Below are positions 62,621 through 64,000 of a stretch of 64,000 bases of DNA, piece after piece (position 1 is the stretch's first letter; every line of letters begins with the position of its first letter). Source of the DNA: Parachlamydiales bacterium (GTDB taxonomy: Bacteria; Chlamydiota; Chlamydiia; Chlamydiales; Rhabdochlamydiaceae); contig OY970065.1 in assembly GCA_963705295.1 (NCBI GenBank), positions 1,888,001 through 1,952,000 on the forward strand, given 5' to 3'. The notes under the pieces were generated by a model, which was not told where the DNA came from, did no database searches, and saw only the letters and a list, made by a program, of their open reading frames with translations. Position numbers and translations under genes: made by a program.

Positions 62621-62647
62621 ACCTCTATTTGACCCTCGGGTTAATAA
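62621..62647 (-). repeat. 25-nt repeat copy C (inverted), upstream of the AT gene and including its RBS
   Basis: The minus strand reads TTATTAACCCGAGGGTCAAATAGAGGT. Confidence 0.7.
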
Positions 62648-62696
62648 TAATAAACAAAGCCCAGGTTTACCTGAACTATAAAATTCTGGATTGAAC

Positions 62697-63521
62697 CTAT
62701 CCACGGATAATTGATACTGCTCTTTTCAGCTTGACAAGTCTCTCTTGCCGATCTTTTTCTTGGATGTCGCCTAGGAGAGAAGAAAATTCAGAAAGATTGT
62801 CGGGTGTGACTTGCAAGTTTCTAAAAGCATCATTTTCTCTCTTAAACACCCCAATCTCTTCTCTTAGGAGTTGAAAGAGGGGAACTATATTTTTCTTGTG
62901 CGTTAAACCAAACTGAAGAGCGGTCAGGAGCAAGTGGAGCTTCCGGAAATGGTATAAGAACAAGAAGCTATCGTTATAGTCATCTGAAGGATTTTTAATC
63001 TCCAGCGTATTGGTCGGATCGATATACTCCCAATATTCACTCAAGGTGAGAGGGACTTTCCAAATTTGAGATAGGCGGATTTTCAAGGTTTCTCTTAAAT
63101 TGTCATTTTTTTCTTTTTCTTGCGCTTCAAGACGGGTGAGCAATGCGAGGTACTCCTCAGAGGTATTTAGAGGAGTCTTAAGATCCGTTTTGGTTTTAAA
63201 ATACCCGAAGATATGCCTTTGGTTTCTTTCAAAAAAATCAGGTTGCAGGAGCGTATTTCTCTGTGTCTGAATCCATGGAGGAATTGCAAAATACCCCGAC
63301 GTTTCCAGAATTTGATCTGGAAAAGGATCGTCAAAATGAGGTTTGGGAATCTTGGGAAGTACGAATGTTTGACGAGGTTTATTTCGCAAAAGACTGAGGA
63401 GTAAATAGACACCCCCGATCGCAGCCGAAACCCCTAGGATCGTCACGGTTCGTCCGTACCAGGATATAGGTAGCGACCGATAAATAGGATAAAAAACATT
63501 TGAAATCCGGTTCGTTTTCAT
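62697..63521 (-). CDS. Hypothetical protein with an N-terminal transmembrane helix; probably outside the biosynthetic cluster
   Basis: 274 aa; TVTILGVSAAIGGVYLLLSLL hydrophobic stretch followed by a helical charged region. Confidence 0.7.
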   Translation of the reverse strand: MKTNRISNVFYPIYRSLPISWYGRTVTILGVSAAIGGVYLLLSLLRNKPRQTFVLPKIPKPHFDDPFPDQILETSGYFAIPPWIQTQRNTLLQPDFFERNQRHIFGYFKTKTDLKTPLNTSEEYLALLTRLEAQEKEKNDNLRETLKIRLSQIWKVPLTLSEYWEYIDPTNTLEIKNPSDDYNDSFLFLYHFRKLHLLLTALQFGLTHKKNIVPLFQLLREEIGVFKRENDAFRNLQVTPDNLSEFSSLLGDIQEKDRQERLVKLKRAVSIIRG

Positions 63522-63567
63522 CGATGGAATTGACCTATAGTTTACTTTCCCGTAACCTTTTTCAGCA

Positions 63568-64000
63568 ATGGGATCTGTTACATCTCTTTTTTTAGCTGAT
63601 GTTGTCTACGGCTTAAGACGGGAAAGATACGATCCTTATTTTTTAGAATTTTTAAAACCGGCTGATTTACTGTGTCGCATGCAAGCCGGACGATCTTTAA
63701 GCGAGTATTTAGTCAAAGTCATCGATCAAACGGACCCCATTTTTGAAGGGATTAACCAGGTTTTAACCTTAGTTCAGCAGCAAATGATGCATGAAGCGGG
63801 CGCTCCTTATCGAGACCTTTTTATCCGGATTATCGCTTTTTATCAAACCTATATGAACCGTGTCTGCCAAACATCGGGAGAGGAACGGTCTCTTTTATTG
63901 AAGGGAAAAGCCCTCCTGCATACGAACGACCTCTCTTCGTTTTATGAGGCCTGTGAAAAAAGAGAGGACGAAAAAATCTATGGGATGATCAGCCCTTCAG
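63568..64000 (+). CDS. Partial hypothetical protein running off the window end
   Basis: ATG 63568 (MGSVTSLFLADVVYGLRRERY...) opens a frame with no stop over 144 codons. Confidence 0.65.
   Translation, partial: MGSVTSLFLADVVYGLRRERYDPYFLEFLKPADLLCRMQAGRSLSEYLVKVIDQTDPIFEGINQVLTLVQQQMMHEAGAPYRDLFIRIIAFYQTYMNRVCQTSGEERSLLLKGKALLHTNDLSSFYEACEKREDEKIYGMISPS

Noticed and set aside
1..64000. CRISPR array, tRNA/rRNA genes, integrase or transposase
   Set aside because: No regularly spaced repeat-spacer series, no recognisable structural RNA and no recombinase motifs were seen by eye.

Overview
This window looks like the chromosome of an environmental chlamydia (Chlamydiota). The inference rests on a class Ic-type NrdB, a three-ATP-cone NrdA and a CopB/CopD-like type III translocator operon. 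The left third (1-19.8 kb) holds the translocator operon, an alpha/beta hydrolase, a GNAT gene flanked by direct repeats, a truncated Rhs gene, a P1B ATPase, a GTPase-domain protein, a GMC oxidoreductase, a Sel1 protein and nrdAB with NrdR boxes. The GMC signal peptide is interrupted in frame by a 153-nt palindromic element, and nrdAB has four reading-frame lesions within about 730 bp. The right two thirds (19.8-62.6 kb, minus strand) is an apparently complete ~43 kb trans-AT PKS/NRPS cluster: standalone AT, PPTase, type II thioesterase, a ~9,260 aa seven-KS PKS, a 3,900 aa PKS-NRPS hybrid ending in a reductase domain, and an SDR. The NRPS specificity codes point to a Pro-like residue followed by Ser. 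The assembly line has unusual modules and clear signs of recent module duplication. All calls come from reading motifs by eye; no database searches were run, and domain coordinates are approximate.
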